Made by a program: the position numbers and the translations under genes. From the IMG/VR virus record IMGVR_UViG_3300028293_000009, positions 1 through 49,193 of that record: a stretch of 49,193 nt of DNA, one strand, 5' to 3'. Each line of letters begins with the position of its first letter. Position 1 is the stretch's first letter. Of the stretch, positions 36,226 through 45,887 are shown piece after piece. The notes beneath the pieces were generated by a model, which saw only the letters and a list, made by a program, of their open reading frames with translations, was not told the DNA's origin and ran no database searches. Source of the DNA: a virus. Its lineage: Duplodnaviria; Caudoviricetes.

Positions 36226-37116
36226 CTACCTGCGCTGCGCGAGGGCTGCCTCCGCTGCTTTGCGGAGAGAACCGTCCCGCATGTGCTGAGCCCGCCAGCC
36301 GCCCTTGGGGGCAGCGATCACTGTCTGTCGAGGCACAGGGGTCCCCTCAAGAGCGTCGGCTTCCGCCTTCTTCCTGAATCCCTGGAGAGCAGAAGCTGCG
36401 GCCTGCACCACGGACTCGACGGGCTGGTCTTGCGAACCCAGCACCTGCTCCATGATGCTCCGCTTGGCGAAGTGCAGCAACGCAGGGTCGGTCATCTCGG
36501 CGAAGACCGGGAACTGCTTCATAGCCGCATCGACTCGCTCCGACGTTGAGAGCTCGCGCTGCTGACCGAGACGGTGGTTCTCGAACGAGGCGAGAGCCTT
36601 GACCGCCTGGCGCACCTGCTCGAACTCTTCACGCGAGATCCCATTCGTTGCAGGGGATCGCGCACGTAGCTTGTCTCCGAACGCTTCGGCCTCCACGTCG
36701 TCCGCCGAGGATTGCTCCTCGTCGTCCTGTTCGGGCCCTTCGCCGGAGAGCAATGCGAGGATCTTCTGGCGCCTGGAAACATCGAGTCCCTGGAGCCGCT
36801 CACGGAGAGCACGAACGGACTGCAGATCACCCTGCTCGGCAAGGCTATCGTCGAGAGCCTTCCGCGCCGCTGCGACCTTGTCCCGCTCGTTGTAGAGCCT
36901 CGTCAGCTCGTCGATGGCGACGCGCTTCTTCACGCCGCCAACTTCCACTTCCACTTCCTTCGGGGAACCTCTCTCTTCGACGACAGGAGGATCAGCGCCA
37001 TCGGAGCCCTGAGCACCCGTCACGCCAGCCGCGGCGAGGACCCGAAGCAAAGTCGGATCGGTCACGCCCGGCACAGCGGGAGGCTGCCCTGGTTTCGTTG
37101 TCGTTGGTACTACCAT
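36226..37116 (-). CDS. capsid scaffolding protein
   Basis: VEVEVGGVKKRVAIDEL, acidic coiled coil, immediately upstream of MCP. Confidence 0.7.
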   Translation of the reverse strand: MVVPTTTKPGQPPAVPGVTDPTLLRVLAAAGVTGAQGSDGADPPVVEERGSPKEVEVEVGGVKKRVAIDELTRLYNERDKVAAARKALDDSLAEQGDLQSVRALRERLQGLDVSRRQKILALLSGEGPEQDDEEQSSADDVEAEAFGDKLRARSPATNGISREEFEQVRQAVKALASFENHRLGQQRELSTSERVDAAMKQFPVFAEMTDPALLHFAKRSIMEQVLGSQDQPVESVVQAAASALQGFRKKAEADALEGTPVPRQTVIAAPKGGWRAQHMRDGSLRKAAEAALAQRR

Positions 37117-37152
37117 CGTGTGCTTTCCCGTCCGGGGCGCGCGCCCCGAGGA

Positions 37153-37287
37153 CTACGGGTTCGTCTTGCCCTTGTGAGGCTTGACGTTGGGCTGGGTGAC
37201 GCCACCGCCACCCGAGTTCTTGATGCCTGAGACCTTTCCGCTCTGCTTGACCGGAGTCGGGCTCGGCTTGAATTGCTTGCGTCCCAT
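37153..37287 (-). CDS. small basic protein
   Basis: AGGAG RBS; MGRKQFKPSPTPVKQSGKVSGIKNSGGGG... Confidence 0.55.
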   Translation of the reverse strand: MGRKQFKPSPTPVKQSGKVSGIKNSGGGGVTQPNVKPHKGKTNP

Positions 37288-37295
37288 GTCGTCTC

Positions 37296-37979
37296 CTACT
37301 TGCTGGGGACGAGGTTGATGCCGAGAGCTTCGGCGACCTTGCCGACCTGCTCGGCGTAACCCTCGCCGTGTTGTTCGTCGATGGTCTTCGAGATCGGCGT
37401 GCGCTTCTGGCTGTAGTCGTTGTCGACCACGACGCTCGAGGACGCCGTCTCCTTGCTGACCTGCCGCCGGAACTGCCGCAGAGCCTTCCGATCGAAGGCC
37501 GCGTCGCGCGAGGCTTCGAAGTCGGCGACGAGCACGAGCTTGCTCCGGCCATCGCCGACCACGCGGCCGTAGTCGAAGGCGCCGCTCTGCATCAGCGGCA
37601 GCCGGTTCCCGCAGTGCTGGCACCTGGGCTCGTGTCGGTCGATCTGACTCGGGTGCAGGTTCTGCATCCAGGCGAGCTGCGAGTGGTGGATCGCGGGCGG
37701 CTGGTCGTACGTGTTCCCCATGAACTCCCACTCCGTTCCGAGGAAGTAGAGCGCGACCTGGTTGCACTTCGTGCAGCGCAGGCCCCACTTGTGGCCGCCG
37801 GTGATGATCCCTTCGAGGTTGCCCTGCGGGACGTTCACGCCGTGACGCGACATCAGGTCGCGCTCTTCCGGCGTCAGCGTCTGCAGGCGCCCGAGGATGT
37901 CGCCAAGACGCGAGACGTCCTTCGCAGGCTGGCTCGGCTTCGGCTCCTCGGCCGGCTGGCTCTTCTTGTCCTTGCTCAT
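37296..37979 (-). CDS. Zn-ribbon protein between portal and scaffold
   Basis: CTKC...CQHC; ATGA-coupled to the portal stop. Confidence 0.65.
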   Translation of the reverse strand: MSKDKKSQPAEEPKPSQPAKDVSRLGDILGRLQTLTPEERDLMSRHGVNVPQGNLEGIITGGHKWGLRCTKCNQVALYFLGTEWEFMGNTYDQPPAIHHSQLAWMQNLHPSQIDRHEPRCQHCGNRLPLMQSGAFDYGRVVGDGRSKLVLVADFEASRDAAFDRKALRQFRRQVSKETASSSVVVDNDYSQKRTPISKTIDEQHGEGYAEQVGKVAEALGINLVPSK

Positions 37980-40132
37980 GGGCTCTGAGGCTTCGGCTGG
38001 GAAGTCTGACTCGGCGGGGACGCTTTGCCAAGGGGTTTCGCCTGTGGGCTCTGGCCAGGGGCGCCTCCTGGCATGCCGCCGGCAGAGACCTGCTGAGCCG
38101 CGGCGGTGGCCATCGCCATCTCCGCGACCGCGCCGATGTGCTTCTCCATGTGCGCGAAGAACATCATCTTCAACATGGGCTGCAGCAGCTCGAACTCGTC
38201 TGTCTGCGTGCACTTCAGGTGTTCTTCGTAGTGCGCCTGGTGGTCGTCGTACTTGCTGACGTCAGGCAGCGAGTCGCCGGGCGCCGGCTTCAAGAACATC
38301 ATGTTCTCGATCTGCGCGCGCCGCCGTGACCCGTCTTCCTGCAGGAACAACTTCTCTGCGCCGCCGACCTCGAGCGCATCCAGGACGAGCCTCTTCTCGG
38401 CGCCGGACATCGGATTGAGCACGCCGAGCGTGAGCATCTGCGACATGAGCTCCATCGTCGCGGCGCGGCTCTTCGGCGTCATGGAGCCAGGCCTGACGGT
38501 GACGCGCGTGTTGCCGTTGAGGTCAGAGCCCTTGAAGTACTTCAGGTCGGCCTGCCGGCTCTCGCCGTAGATTTGGATCGCGCTCGGGATCTTCCGGAAC
38601 TTCCACTCCAGGTTCAGCATGTGCCGGCCGAGCTGGGCGAAGGACTTCTCCAGTCGCGAGACAATCGGCGAGATGCCGAGCTGGTCTCGTTCCTGCAGCA
38701 TCGCAACCGCGTTTCCGCTGCGCGCGCCCTGCGGCATCTGTCCCAACGACGCGTCGTTGAACGAGCTTATCATCTGCAGGTCGTGCTCGCTCATCGAGCT
38801 GCTCGTCACCTGGCCCTGGCCGACCGGCGGAGGCACCACGAGCTCGGGCTTGCCGATCCGCGGATTGTAGAACAGGACGTCGCCGGTCTCGTTGCGCACG
38901 AGGCCTTTGGAGAGCGTCCCAATCGGAGCCATCCACTGCGGCACAGAGAGAACGTCTCGGTGCTGGATGAGCTGCTGGCGCGCGCGGTTGTATTCCTGTT
39001 GCGGCCCGATCAGGTGCTCCACCGTGCTCATCGCGTGGTAGCGGCCGGGCACTGGGATGTTGTGGTAGTCGACGATCGGGAAGCGCGTGTCGAGGCCGGC
39101 CTCCGCGAACCGGTGCGGTGCGATTTCGAGCACGACGTCTCGGTGCGCGCAGATGGTGAGCCCCTTCGGGACGCGCGCGCTGGGCACGTGCCAATACTCG
39201 TCGACTTCGACTGCGCCCTCGTCGTCGCCGTGATCTCCGCCCATGAACGGAAGGCCGGAGCTGCGCACGAGGGACGAGAGTCTCTGGCGATAGATGTCGA
39301 GCCGGTTCTCGGCCTGCATGGTGACCGGAACCGCGTCTGCCTTGTCCGGCCAGCGGTCGTAGACCTCGTCGATCGAGAACGTGCGGCGAATCAGGATCCA
39401 TGGCATCTGCCGCAGGCGACGGAACCGTGTCGGCATCCACACGTCGAATGGAGACAGCGTCTCGAAGTCGTGCTCGCCGTCGTTCTTCGTATCGAACGCA
39501 CCAAGCTGGTCGAGCCACTGCTTCTGCGCCGGCAGCAACTGCTGCTGCGCAACCGGTTGCTTCGTCATCGGGTCGTAGTAGAACTTCCGAACCTGGCCTT
39601 TGGTCGGGTCCCAGGCGTCATACGCGAAGGCGTTCCCGCAGGTGTCGAGCCAGAGTGCGACCTCGAGTCGGTGCTCTGCGAGATCCAGGTGTTCCACGAG
39701 ATGCTCGAGCAGGTGCTGGCCGACCTTCGCCCCCTCCTGGTCGACTTGGTCCGGCGTGTTCGGGATCACGCTCCAGTCGATCTTGGCCGAGGTCAGGCGG
39801 CCCATGTTCGACATCACGAGCCGCAGGATCAGGTTCGCGACGTACCCCGAATCCGCGAGGAGGATGTTCGGGTCGACGTTCTCCAGCAAGGCTTGCACAT
39901 CCAGGTTCTGGATGCCGCAGTAGTACTGGATGTTGGCGAACCACTGCCTTCGAAGGGCCATCGAGACGGTGTCGCGCCGGCGCCCGCCGTTGGGTCTCGC
40001 GGCTTCGAGGATCGAGTTGGCGTCCTCGTCGCTCAGATCGTCCGGATCGAGCGGCCTCCCTCGGTCACGCGTCAGAACCGCTATCGGATCCGCCGTCGTC
40101 CTGTACTGCGTTGACAGTGGGTTCTGAACCAA
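37976..40132 (-). CDS. portal protein (podovirus-type)
   Basis: 718 aa between TerL and scaffold; WFANIQYYCGIQ, LIGPQQEYNR, ARSGNAVAMLQE, DDHQAHYEEH; TTG start with GAGGA RBS. Confidence 0.88.
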   Translation of the reverse strand: MVQNPLSTQYRTTADPIAVLTRDRGRPLDPDDLSDEDANSILEAARPNGGRRRDTVSMALRRQWFANIQYYCGIQNLDVQALLENVDPNILLADSGYVANLILRLVMSNMGRLTSAKIDWSVIPNTPDQVDQEGAKVGQHLLEHLVEHLDLAEHRLEVALWLDTCGNAFAYDAWDPTKGQVRKFYYDPMTKQPVAQQQLLPAQKQWLDQLGAFDTKNDGEHDFETLSPFDVWMPTRFRRLRQMPWILIRRTFSIDEVYDRWPDKADAVPVTMQAENRLDIYRQRLSSLVRSSGLPFMGGDHGDDEGAVEVDEYWHVPSARVPKGLTICAHRDVVLEIAPHRFAEAGLDTRFPIVDYHNIPVPGRYHAMSTVEHLIGPQQEYNRARQQLIQHRDVLSVPQWMAPIGTLSKGLVRNETGDVLFYNPRIGKPELVVPPPVGQGQVTSSSMSEHDLQMISSFNDASLGQMPQGARSGNAVAMLQERDQLGISPIVSRLEKSFAQLGRHMLNLEWKFRKIPSAIQIYGESRQADLKYFKGSDLNGNTRVTVRPGSMTPKSRAATMELMSQMLTLGVLNPMSGAEKRLVLDALEVGGAEKLFLQEDGSRRRAQIENMMFLKPAPGDSLPDVSKYDDHQAHYEEHLKCTQTDEFELLQPMLKMMFFAHMEKHIGAVAEMAMATAAAQQVSAGGMPGGAPGQSPQAKPLGKASPPSQTSQPKPQSP

Positions 40133-40439
40133 CGGTCCTCTGAATCACGAAGTGTTGGGCAGTCTGTTTGTCGCAACCGAGGATCTTCATGACTGCGGCA
40201 ACGTCCTCGTTTACGCGCTGCTCGATCGTTGAGTCGACAAGGTAGGGGGCCACGCCGTGCTTCCGCAAGTGGGAGGCGACGAAGTCGACGCTGGCGAGCT
40301 CTGCGAGCTTGTCGTTCTGGGCGACGATCAGCTGCATCATGCGGTGATGGACCGCTGTCGAGCGGCTAGCTAGGACGACGGTGCATCCCGCGAGAAAGGC
40401 CACCAGTGCGCACAGGACGGTAACCGTTACTTGTTCCAT
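40065..40439 (-). CDS. membrane-anchored hypothetical protein
   Basis: N-terminal hydrophobic helix; located between TerL and portal. Confidence 0.55.
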   Translation of the reverse strand: MEQVTVTVLCALVAFLAGCTVVLASRSTAVHHRMMQLIVAQNDKLAELASVDFVASHLRKHGVAPYLVDSTIEQRVNEDVAAVMKILGCDKQTAQHFVIQRTVGSEPTVNAVQDDGGSDSGSDA

Positions 40440-41193
40440 TGCGTTGCTGTTCTCGTTGCTCGCGCAGTTGTCGGACCTTCTCCCAGACCTTGGCGTCGAA
40501 CGCGCGAGCGTCGTCCGCCGGCTTCCTGGGCTTCTTCTCGTCTGTGACGATCGCGCTGTATCGCCCCTGCCGCGCGAGCGCGTAGGCGAAGACGCAGTCG
40601 TCCTTGTTCTTTCCGCGGGCGCGCTCCAGGCCCTGATCGTCGAACTCCATCGTGCGCAGCTCGCCGACGAGCTTCTCGTCGCGCGTGAAGAGGCCGCCCT
40701 CGCCGAGGGCTTCTCCGATCCTCATCATCAGGATCTTGCGCGAGGACGTGGACGTCTGCCACCCGTAGCGCGGGAGGAGCGGGTCCATGTCGATCATGTT
40801 GACCATGGTCGAGCGGTAGACGTTGTCGTAGCGAAGCGTCTCTGTGACGCGCGTGACGACAGCCAGGCCGGGGCCGTTGAGCTCGGGAACGAGAAGCGCG
40901 TTGTTGTAGTAGACGCAGACCGCGACGGCGATCGACGCGAGCTCCTCTGGCGGGACATAGCCGTGCCAGGTCGCGACGTGCAGGCCGGACTCGAGCTCGA
41001 TCACCAGGATCGCGGAGTAGTCGACGCGCTGGTCGGAGTAGAACGCGAGGCCGCGACGCTGCAGCGCGGTGCGGTCGCGCTTCTTGCCCTCGGAGGCGTC
41101 GAGGCCGGCGACGTATTCGCGGCCGTCGACAGGATGGTCCCAGATGCGCAGCGACCCCGTCGGGTCCGGCGTGAGTTCCTCGCGGCAGTTCAC
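40366..41193 (-). CDS. terL: terminase large subunit, C-terminal RNase H-like nuclease part
   Basis: LRIWDHP..YVAGLDASEG..DYSAI..LLVPELNGPG..KDDCVFAYALA; GTG start overlapping the upstream TGA. Confidence 0.85.
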   Translation of the reverse strand: MNCREELTPDPTGSLRIWDHPVDGREYVAGLDASEGKKRDRTALQRRGLAFYSDQRVDYSAILVIELESGLHVATWHGYVPPEELASIAVAVCVYYNNALLVPELNGPGLAVVTRVTETLRYDNVYRSTMVNMIDMDPLLPRYGWQTSTSSRKILMMRIGEALGEGGLFTRDEKLVGELRTMEFDDQGLERARGKNKDDCVFAYALARQGRYSAIVTDEKKPRKPADDARAFDAKVWEKVRQLREQREQQRNGTSNGYRPVRTGGLSRGMHRRPS

Positions 41194-42284
41194 TTCTCGA
41201 CGATCTCCAGGTGGATGTTTCCCACCCACAGGGGCCGAGTGCAGTTCTCTTCGAGCCTCGCTATGGCCTCGGCACTGAAGACAGGAGAGCCAGTGGTGAG
41301 AAAGGCTTCCTTGGCAGTGCTCGGATACTCCTGCCGAAACTTGGCCTCGGACCCCTGACACTTGCCGGCGATCGTGCGCCGACGCCAGTGGAGTTGTTCG
41401 ATGGCGAGTCCGTGAGTCTCCAGGAGGCGACGTTCGGTGAGGTCGAGCGTTCTTCCGAAGGCGTTCTCGTGGTCAGGGGATGCGAACGGAGTGGTGTACT
41501 CGGGATCCCAAAACCAAGGAGCAAAGAACGGAACGTAGTAGCTGCCGCCAGCCTCTGCTTTTCTCCAGGCGTCATAGAACTCGCCCACCGCTCCCTTGGC
41601 GGTCGACTCCATGACAACGGACGTGCCAGCGCGCTCAGGTATGGCCTGCAGCGCGCTGTTGAGGGTCTCGCTGGCGTCTGCCCACATCGGGACCTCTGAA
41701 GCGTGGAAGTGGTGGTAGGTGTCGCCGCGTCCCGCCGAGAGGTTGCCAGCAGTGCGAACGGTTGAGAGGGATCCATTCTTGAGCTCCAGAGTCTGGTCGC
41801 TGTTGCGGACAGTCTCCTGCGCGAACCACATGTTGCGGTGCAGGAAGTCGCCTTTCATGAACAGCTCGGTGCTGCTGTCCTGGTCGTAGCTGATCGTCAG
41901 GGCCTGCCGGTTCGGCTCACGATCGCACTGCTCGTAGTGCCATGACTGCAGCATCGTCGAGACGCCCATCTGTCTGGCCTTGAGCAGGAGCGCGCGGATC
42001 GGCAGGTTCTCGTTGCGAGCCTTCACGATCACATGGTCATAGAACCGCTGCTGGACGTAGTTGAAGCGGAGCTGCGCGATGACACCCGGCTGTTTCGTCT
42101 TGATGAAGTGCGTGCGCTCGATGTAGGTGCGCTCGTCTGGCCACATGCGGCGGAGAGCGGCGCGGCCCATGGTGTTTCGCTTCTTGCGATCCTTCTCGCG
42201 CGCGAGGATCGGGCGGAGCTCTTCGAGCGCGGCGACCTCCTGGCGGTCGTAGAACTGCTCGAGGAACTCGGTCTCCGGGATCAC
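41190..42284 (-). CDS. terL: terminase large subunit, N-terminal ATPase part
   Basis: Walker A LLKARQMGVST, Walker B FHASEV, motif III ESTAKG, FRQEYPST..EAFLTTG. Confidence 0.9.
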   Translation of the reverse strand: MIPETEFLEQFYDRQEVAALEELRPILAREKDRKKRNTMGRAALRRMWPDERTYIERTHFIKTKQPGVIAQLRFNYVQQRFYDHVIVKARNENLPIRALLLKARQMGVSTMLQSWHYEQCDREPNRQALTISYDQDSSTELFMKGDFLHRNMWFAQETVRNSDQTLELKNGSLSTVRTAGNLSAGRGDTYHHFHASEVPMWADASETLNSALQAIPERAGTSVVMESTAKGAVGEFYDAWRKAEAGGSYYVPFFAPWFWDPEYTTPFASPDHENAFGRTLDLTERRLLETHGLAIEQLHWRRRTIAGKCQGSEAKFRQEYPSTAKEAFLTTGSPVFSAEAIARLEENCTRPLWVGNIHLEIVEK

Positions 42285-42616
42285 GGGATCGGCAGCTTGC
42301 GCGCCTCGAGTTCCGCCTCGGTGATCGTGCAGTAGAGCTGCGAGGCGTGTGCGACGACGAGGTTCGCGTCCTTCTTGCCGTCGAGTTCGATCTCGCGCGC
42401 GCCGAAGTGGTCGAAGACGACGATCTGCCCCTCTTCGAGCGGAAGCGACTCGCCGTCACCTTTCACGTTGCCGATCAGTGGCGCGGCCAGTTCGCCGATG
42501 GTGACGACGCGCCCGTATGCGTACTTGATGCCGAAGCTCTCAGGCAGCTGGATGAGTCCCTGTGCGTCTTGCTTCTTTGGCTTCCGGATCAGGACGTGTT
42601 GGCCCACTGCGTTCAT
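42281..42616 (-). CDS. groES: GroES-like co-chaperonin
   Basis: VGQHVLIR..GLIQLP..GRVVTIG..LEEGQIVVFDHFGAREIELDG. Confidence 0.8.
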   Translation of the reverse strand: MNAVGQHVLIRKPKKQDAQGLIQLPESFGIKYAYGRVVTIGELAAPLIGNVKGDGESLPLEEGQIVVFDHFGAREIELDGKKDANLVVAHASQLYCTITEAELEARKLPIP

Positions 42617-43049
42617 CTTTCTCCGTGCTGGTTGGCGTTCCGTGCTTGTCGAGCCACCACTTGAGGGTCTCCTCCGCGGGAGTCTCGGGCGACTTCTGCT
42701 GCGGCAGCGTAGCGATTTGGAACGTGTGCGCTATGGCACGGTGTGCCGCCACCTTGTTCGGGGTCTTCTCCCTTCGGTTCTTGAGGATCCTCTCCAGCGT
42801 CTTCACGCCGCGCAGAAGCGCGTGCGTCATGATGATCCTGGCCTCGCTCCGCAGGTTGTTCCAGTAGGCCTCGTCGCGCAGCAAGACCTCGACTTCGACC
42901 GCTGACAGGCCCGTCACGCTGGCCAGGTAGTAGACGTCGTCTCGCCCCTTCTCTGCGATCGCCGCGGCCAGGAGCGCCTTGACCTTCGGTTGAAGGGCGA
43001 TCTCGCGGGTCGCCATCGGGACCTGTTCTGCTACCATGCCCGGCATCAT
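42540..43049 (-). CDS. putative terminase small subunit
   Basis: First gene of the packaging operon; HTH-like N-terminus and helical core; start uncertain (43016/43037/43049). Confidence 0.5.
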   Translation of the reverse strand: MMPGMVAEQVPMATREIALQPKVKALLAAAIAEKGRDDVYYLASVTGLSAVEVEVLLRDEAYWNNLRSEARIIMTHALLRGVKTLERILKNRREKTPNKVAAHRAIAHTFQIATLPQQKSPETPAEETLKWWLDKHGTPTSTEKDERSGPTRPDPEAKEARRTGTHPAA

Positions 43050-43073
43050 GCCACACCCTGACCGCGAGGAGCC

Positions 43074-43652
43074 ATGAGGACCGCACTGGAGTTGATGAGC
43101 GTCCTGATTACGACCGCCGTCCGCATCGTGATGTTTCCCAATGGCGCGAAGTTCGACGCGACAGACGGTTTCGTCGGAGCCGGACACATCACGCGGCTGC
43201 TGGTCAGCAACCAGGGCACCGGCACGACGGCGTTGACCTGCACGCTGTGGGACGCTGTTGATCCGAACACCGGGCGAGCTGTCATCGGTGGAACCACAAC
43301 GCCGAAAGATCGCTTCCGACTCATCGGCGGAACGACAGCCGTGATGCACACCGGCCTCTGGCACAACCCTTACTGGCTCGACACGCCAAGCACCGACGTT
43401 ACGAATGCTCGCAAGATCGTCGGCGGAATTGTGCTCGGAATCCCCACGCAGAATCGCGCGTACGATATCCCGATCGGCCAGGACTTCCCCGGCGGCATGA
43501 TTCTCACGCTGGACCAGGCCAACGGCGCGAACAGCAACCTGCAGATCGGGATCGAATACATCCCGTGGGTGAGTGGCGGCGCGCGGCGCCGGCAGATCTA
43601 CCGGCCGGGAACCACGACTCGAGTCCTGCCCGTGCCATCGCTCGTGCTGTGA
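43074..43652 (+). CDS. putative virion-type beta protein
   Basis: Thr/Gly-rich, clean codon bias, GAGGAG RBS. Confidence 0.6.
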   Translation: MRTALELMSVLITTAVRIVMFPNGAKFDATDGFVGAGHITRLLVSNQGTGTTALTCTLWDAVDPNTGRAVIGGTTTPKDRFRLIGGTTAVMHTGLWHNPYWLDTPSTDVTNARKIVGGIVLGIPTQNRAYDIPIGQDFPGGMILTLDQANGANSNLQIGIEYIPWVSGGARRRQIYRPGTTTRVLPVPSLVL

Positions 43653-44017
43653 GGCTCGCGATCATCGGGCGCGACATCCCGAGGACGCGCGAGATCATCG
43701 AGGAGCTGCTCCGCACCTGGAAGCCGGAGCACGTCATCACGATCCGCCGGCACGGCCTTGGAGCGTTCGCCTTCAATCTCGCGGAGAAGCTCGGCATCCC
43801 GCGAACCAACTTCTGGATCAGCCAGGGCGTCTGCGGCGCGGCTGGCGGCGAGGCCGCGGCGCTGCAGGCCGCGCGAGTCGGCAGGCCGGATGCGCTCGTC
43901 TGTCTGTCGCCGCGGAGTCGCGACTACACGATCATGGGCGCCTTCCGGCGCTGTGGCGTCCAAGTCGCTCTCGGTCACTTCGACAAGGCTCGGGCCGTGA
44001 CCTGGGTGCGCCTGTAG
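43649..44017 (+). CDS. degenerate SLOG/YspA-like protein
   Basis: MRLAIIG..HVIT..G..AFNLAEKLGIP..GAAGG..PDALVCL..GVQV follows the YspA-type layout but lacks the canonical GxR and GAD motifs. Confidence 0.45.
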   Translation: MRLAIIGRDIPRTREIIEELLRTWKPEHVITIRRHGLGAFAFNLAEKLGIPRTNFWISQGVCGAAGGEAAALQAARVGRPDALVCLSPRSRDYTIMGAFRRCGVQVALGHFDKARAVTWVRL

Positions 44018-44032
44018 CGGTATCGTTCCGCC

Positions 44033-45820
44033 ATGGCCGTCGCAGAAGAGCAAGAGGTCATTATCGTCGCGGGCTCGAGCAACATCGCGGCTTACAAGTC
44101 GCGACTCTACGAGCTGCCACTTGCGGAGTACGTGAGGTGGTTCACGAAACCTCCGCCGACGGCGACGACGCCTAACCGGCCGATCCTCGACAAGCTCTCG
44201 AACAACCGCATCCTGACGCCGCGGCGGCCATTCGCGAACGTCACGCAGCGCGGCATCGACATGGGGACGCCACCAACGAGCACGTCGTTCAAGTACCTCG
44301 GATCAAGCATCGCTGCGGTGGTCGCCGACACATGGTGCGTGCTGCGAACGGTCGCGGTCGTCGGACCGGTGACAATCACACAGGCGTCGCCGGCCGTGTT
44401 CACACAAACGAAGCACGGGATGATCGCTGGCACGAGCTTCACGTTGAACACGACCGGCGCGCTACTTACCGGCCTCGCAGCGGGCGTCACCTACTACGTG
44501 CTCCCCACGAGCCTCACCGTCGATAGCTACAGGGCCTCGTTGACGCCGGGAGGTCCGGCGATCAACACGACTGGGACGCAAAGCGGCACTCACACCACGA
44601 CGCCGACCGGCACCACGGCCCATACCTACGTGCGCAGGGTCGCAAGCGTGGCGGGCCAGGTCGTCACCTTCGATCCCGCGCTTCCAGACGGCGCCGTCAC
44701 GACGGCCGACAGTGGCGCCACGTTCCTCCTCGAGAGCCACACAATCTCGTCGATCGACACGATCGGGGGTATTCCGCGGAAGGGGTTCACGAAGACAGGA
44801 AGCCCAGCGGCCTTCGACGCCAACGTCGCCGACAAGTGGGTTGTGGTCTTCAACGGAGCGACGGGTCAGGGTGCGGACACCCCTCCGAGCCCAAACCTCA
44901 ACGAGGTTCGCCGCATCAAGACAAGGGTCAGTGGCACCGCTGTCGAGTTCTACGACGCGTTCTTCCACGACACGACACACCCCGAACGAACGCCGGAGGT
45001 CGGCGATGGTTTCGTTGTGCTGATGGGCGCGAACGCGGTGCACTCGATCGCTGAGATCACGCAACCGAACTGCGTCCTGCAGGAGATCCAGTTCGCGTTC
45101 GGCGATGAGCCGTGCTTCTACACAGGCCTCGACTACACCAACTGGGATCAGACGCCGTTCGCCTCGCCGCGGGCCTTCAACTTCGACCCGACGTGCAGCT
45201 CGCTGACGGAGCTCGCGTGGCAGTTCGGCGCCTACTTCAGCAAGCCGCTCGTGTTCATCGAGATGGGTATCTCATCTTCGATGATCTCGCCGTTCCCTTT
45301 CCCGGACTTGACTCCGCGCCACGACTTCTCTTGGGGATGGGACCTACGCAGCCTCGACTTCGACCCAACGATCAGTTCCGGGATCTACGACGCGCTCATC
45401 AACTACATCGACGTGACGCGCGCTCTGCTCGCGGCCGAGGGCAAGACCATGAAGGTGGTCGGCATCTTCATGAACATCGCCGACAACGACCCCGGCGACC
45501 TGCAGCGCTTGATGCGGCTCGGTGAGTCGATCACGCAGTTCCGCGACTCGATCCGCACCTACCTCGGCGACCAGAAGATCCCATTCGTCATGTCGGGCCC
45601 GAGCGCCTACGGGTTCAACTACCGCCCGTTCATCTACGCGCAACTCCGTCAGCTCGCGAAGAACGACGGCTACACCGGCCTCGTCGACACGCGGTGGCCG
45701 ACCTACACGTACGCGGACGATGGCCTGCACTTCAGCGTCGCTGGGCAACTGCAGCTCGCTCAGCACTTCTTCGGTTGCTGGAAGGCAACAAAGGCCCGCG
45801 GCGACCGCCTCGCCGCGTGA
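44033..45820 (+). CDS. SGNH/SASA-type O-acetylesterase with inserted fibre-like beta domains (tail-spike candidate)
   Basis: N-terminal IVAGSSNI (block I Ser), C-terminal DDGLHF (DxxH); insert VTITQASPAVFT..HG..GLAAGVTYYV. Confidence 0.7.
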   Translation: MAVAEEQEVIIVAGSSNIAAYKSRLYELPLAEYVRWFTKPPPTATTPNRPILDKLSNNRILTPRRPFANVTQRGIDMGTPPTSTSFKYLGSSIAAVVADTWCVLRTVAVVGPVTITQASPAVFTQTKHGMIAGTSFTLNTTGALLTGLAAGVTYYVLPTSLTVDSYRASLTPGGPAINTTGTQSGTHTTTPTGTTAHTYVRRVASVAGQVVTFDPALPDGAVTTADSGATFLLESHTISSIDTIGGIPRKGFTKTGSPAAFDANVADKWVVVFNGATGQGADTPPSPNLNEVRRIKTRVSGTAVEFYDAFFHDTTHPERTPEVGDGFVVLMGANAVHSIAEITQPNCVLQEIQFAFGDEPCFYTGLDYTNWDQTPFASPRAFNFDPTCSSLTELAWQFGAYFSKPLVFIEMGISSSMISPFPFPDLTPRHDFSWGWDLRSLDFDPTISSGIYDALINYIDVTRALLAAEGKTMKVVGIFMNIADNDPGDLQRLMRLGESITQFRDSIRTYLGDQKIPFVMSGPSAYGFNYRPFIYAQLRQLAKNDGYTGLVDTRWPTYTYADDGLHFSVAGQLQLAQHFFGCWKATKARGDRLAA

Positions 45821-45821
45821 C

Positions 45822-45869
45822 CCACAACCTGTAGTGGGTGTCAGTCGCGTCGACCACAAGACGCGCCGA
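45822..45869. promoter_or_regulatory. tandem NrdR-box-like operator pair 2
   Basis: CCACAACCTGTAGTGG (45822) and a half-conserved CCACAAGACGCGCCGA (45854), 32 bp apart. Confidence 0.5.
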
Positions 45870-45887
45870 CGATCGCGATCCCTCGTG

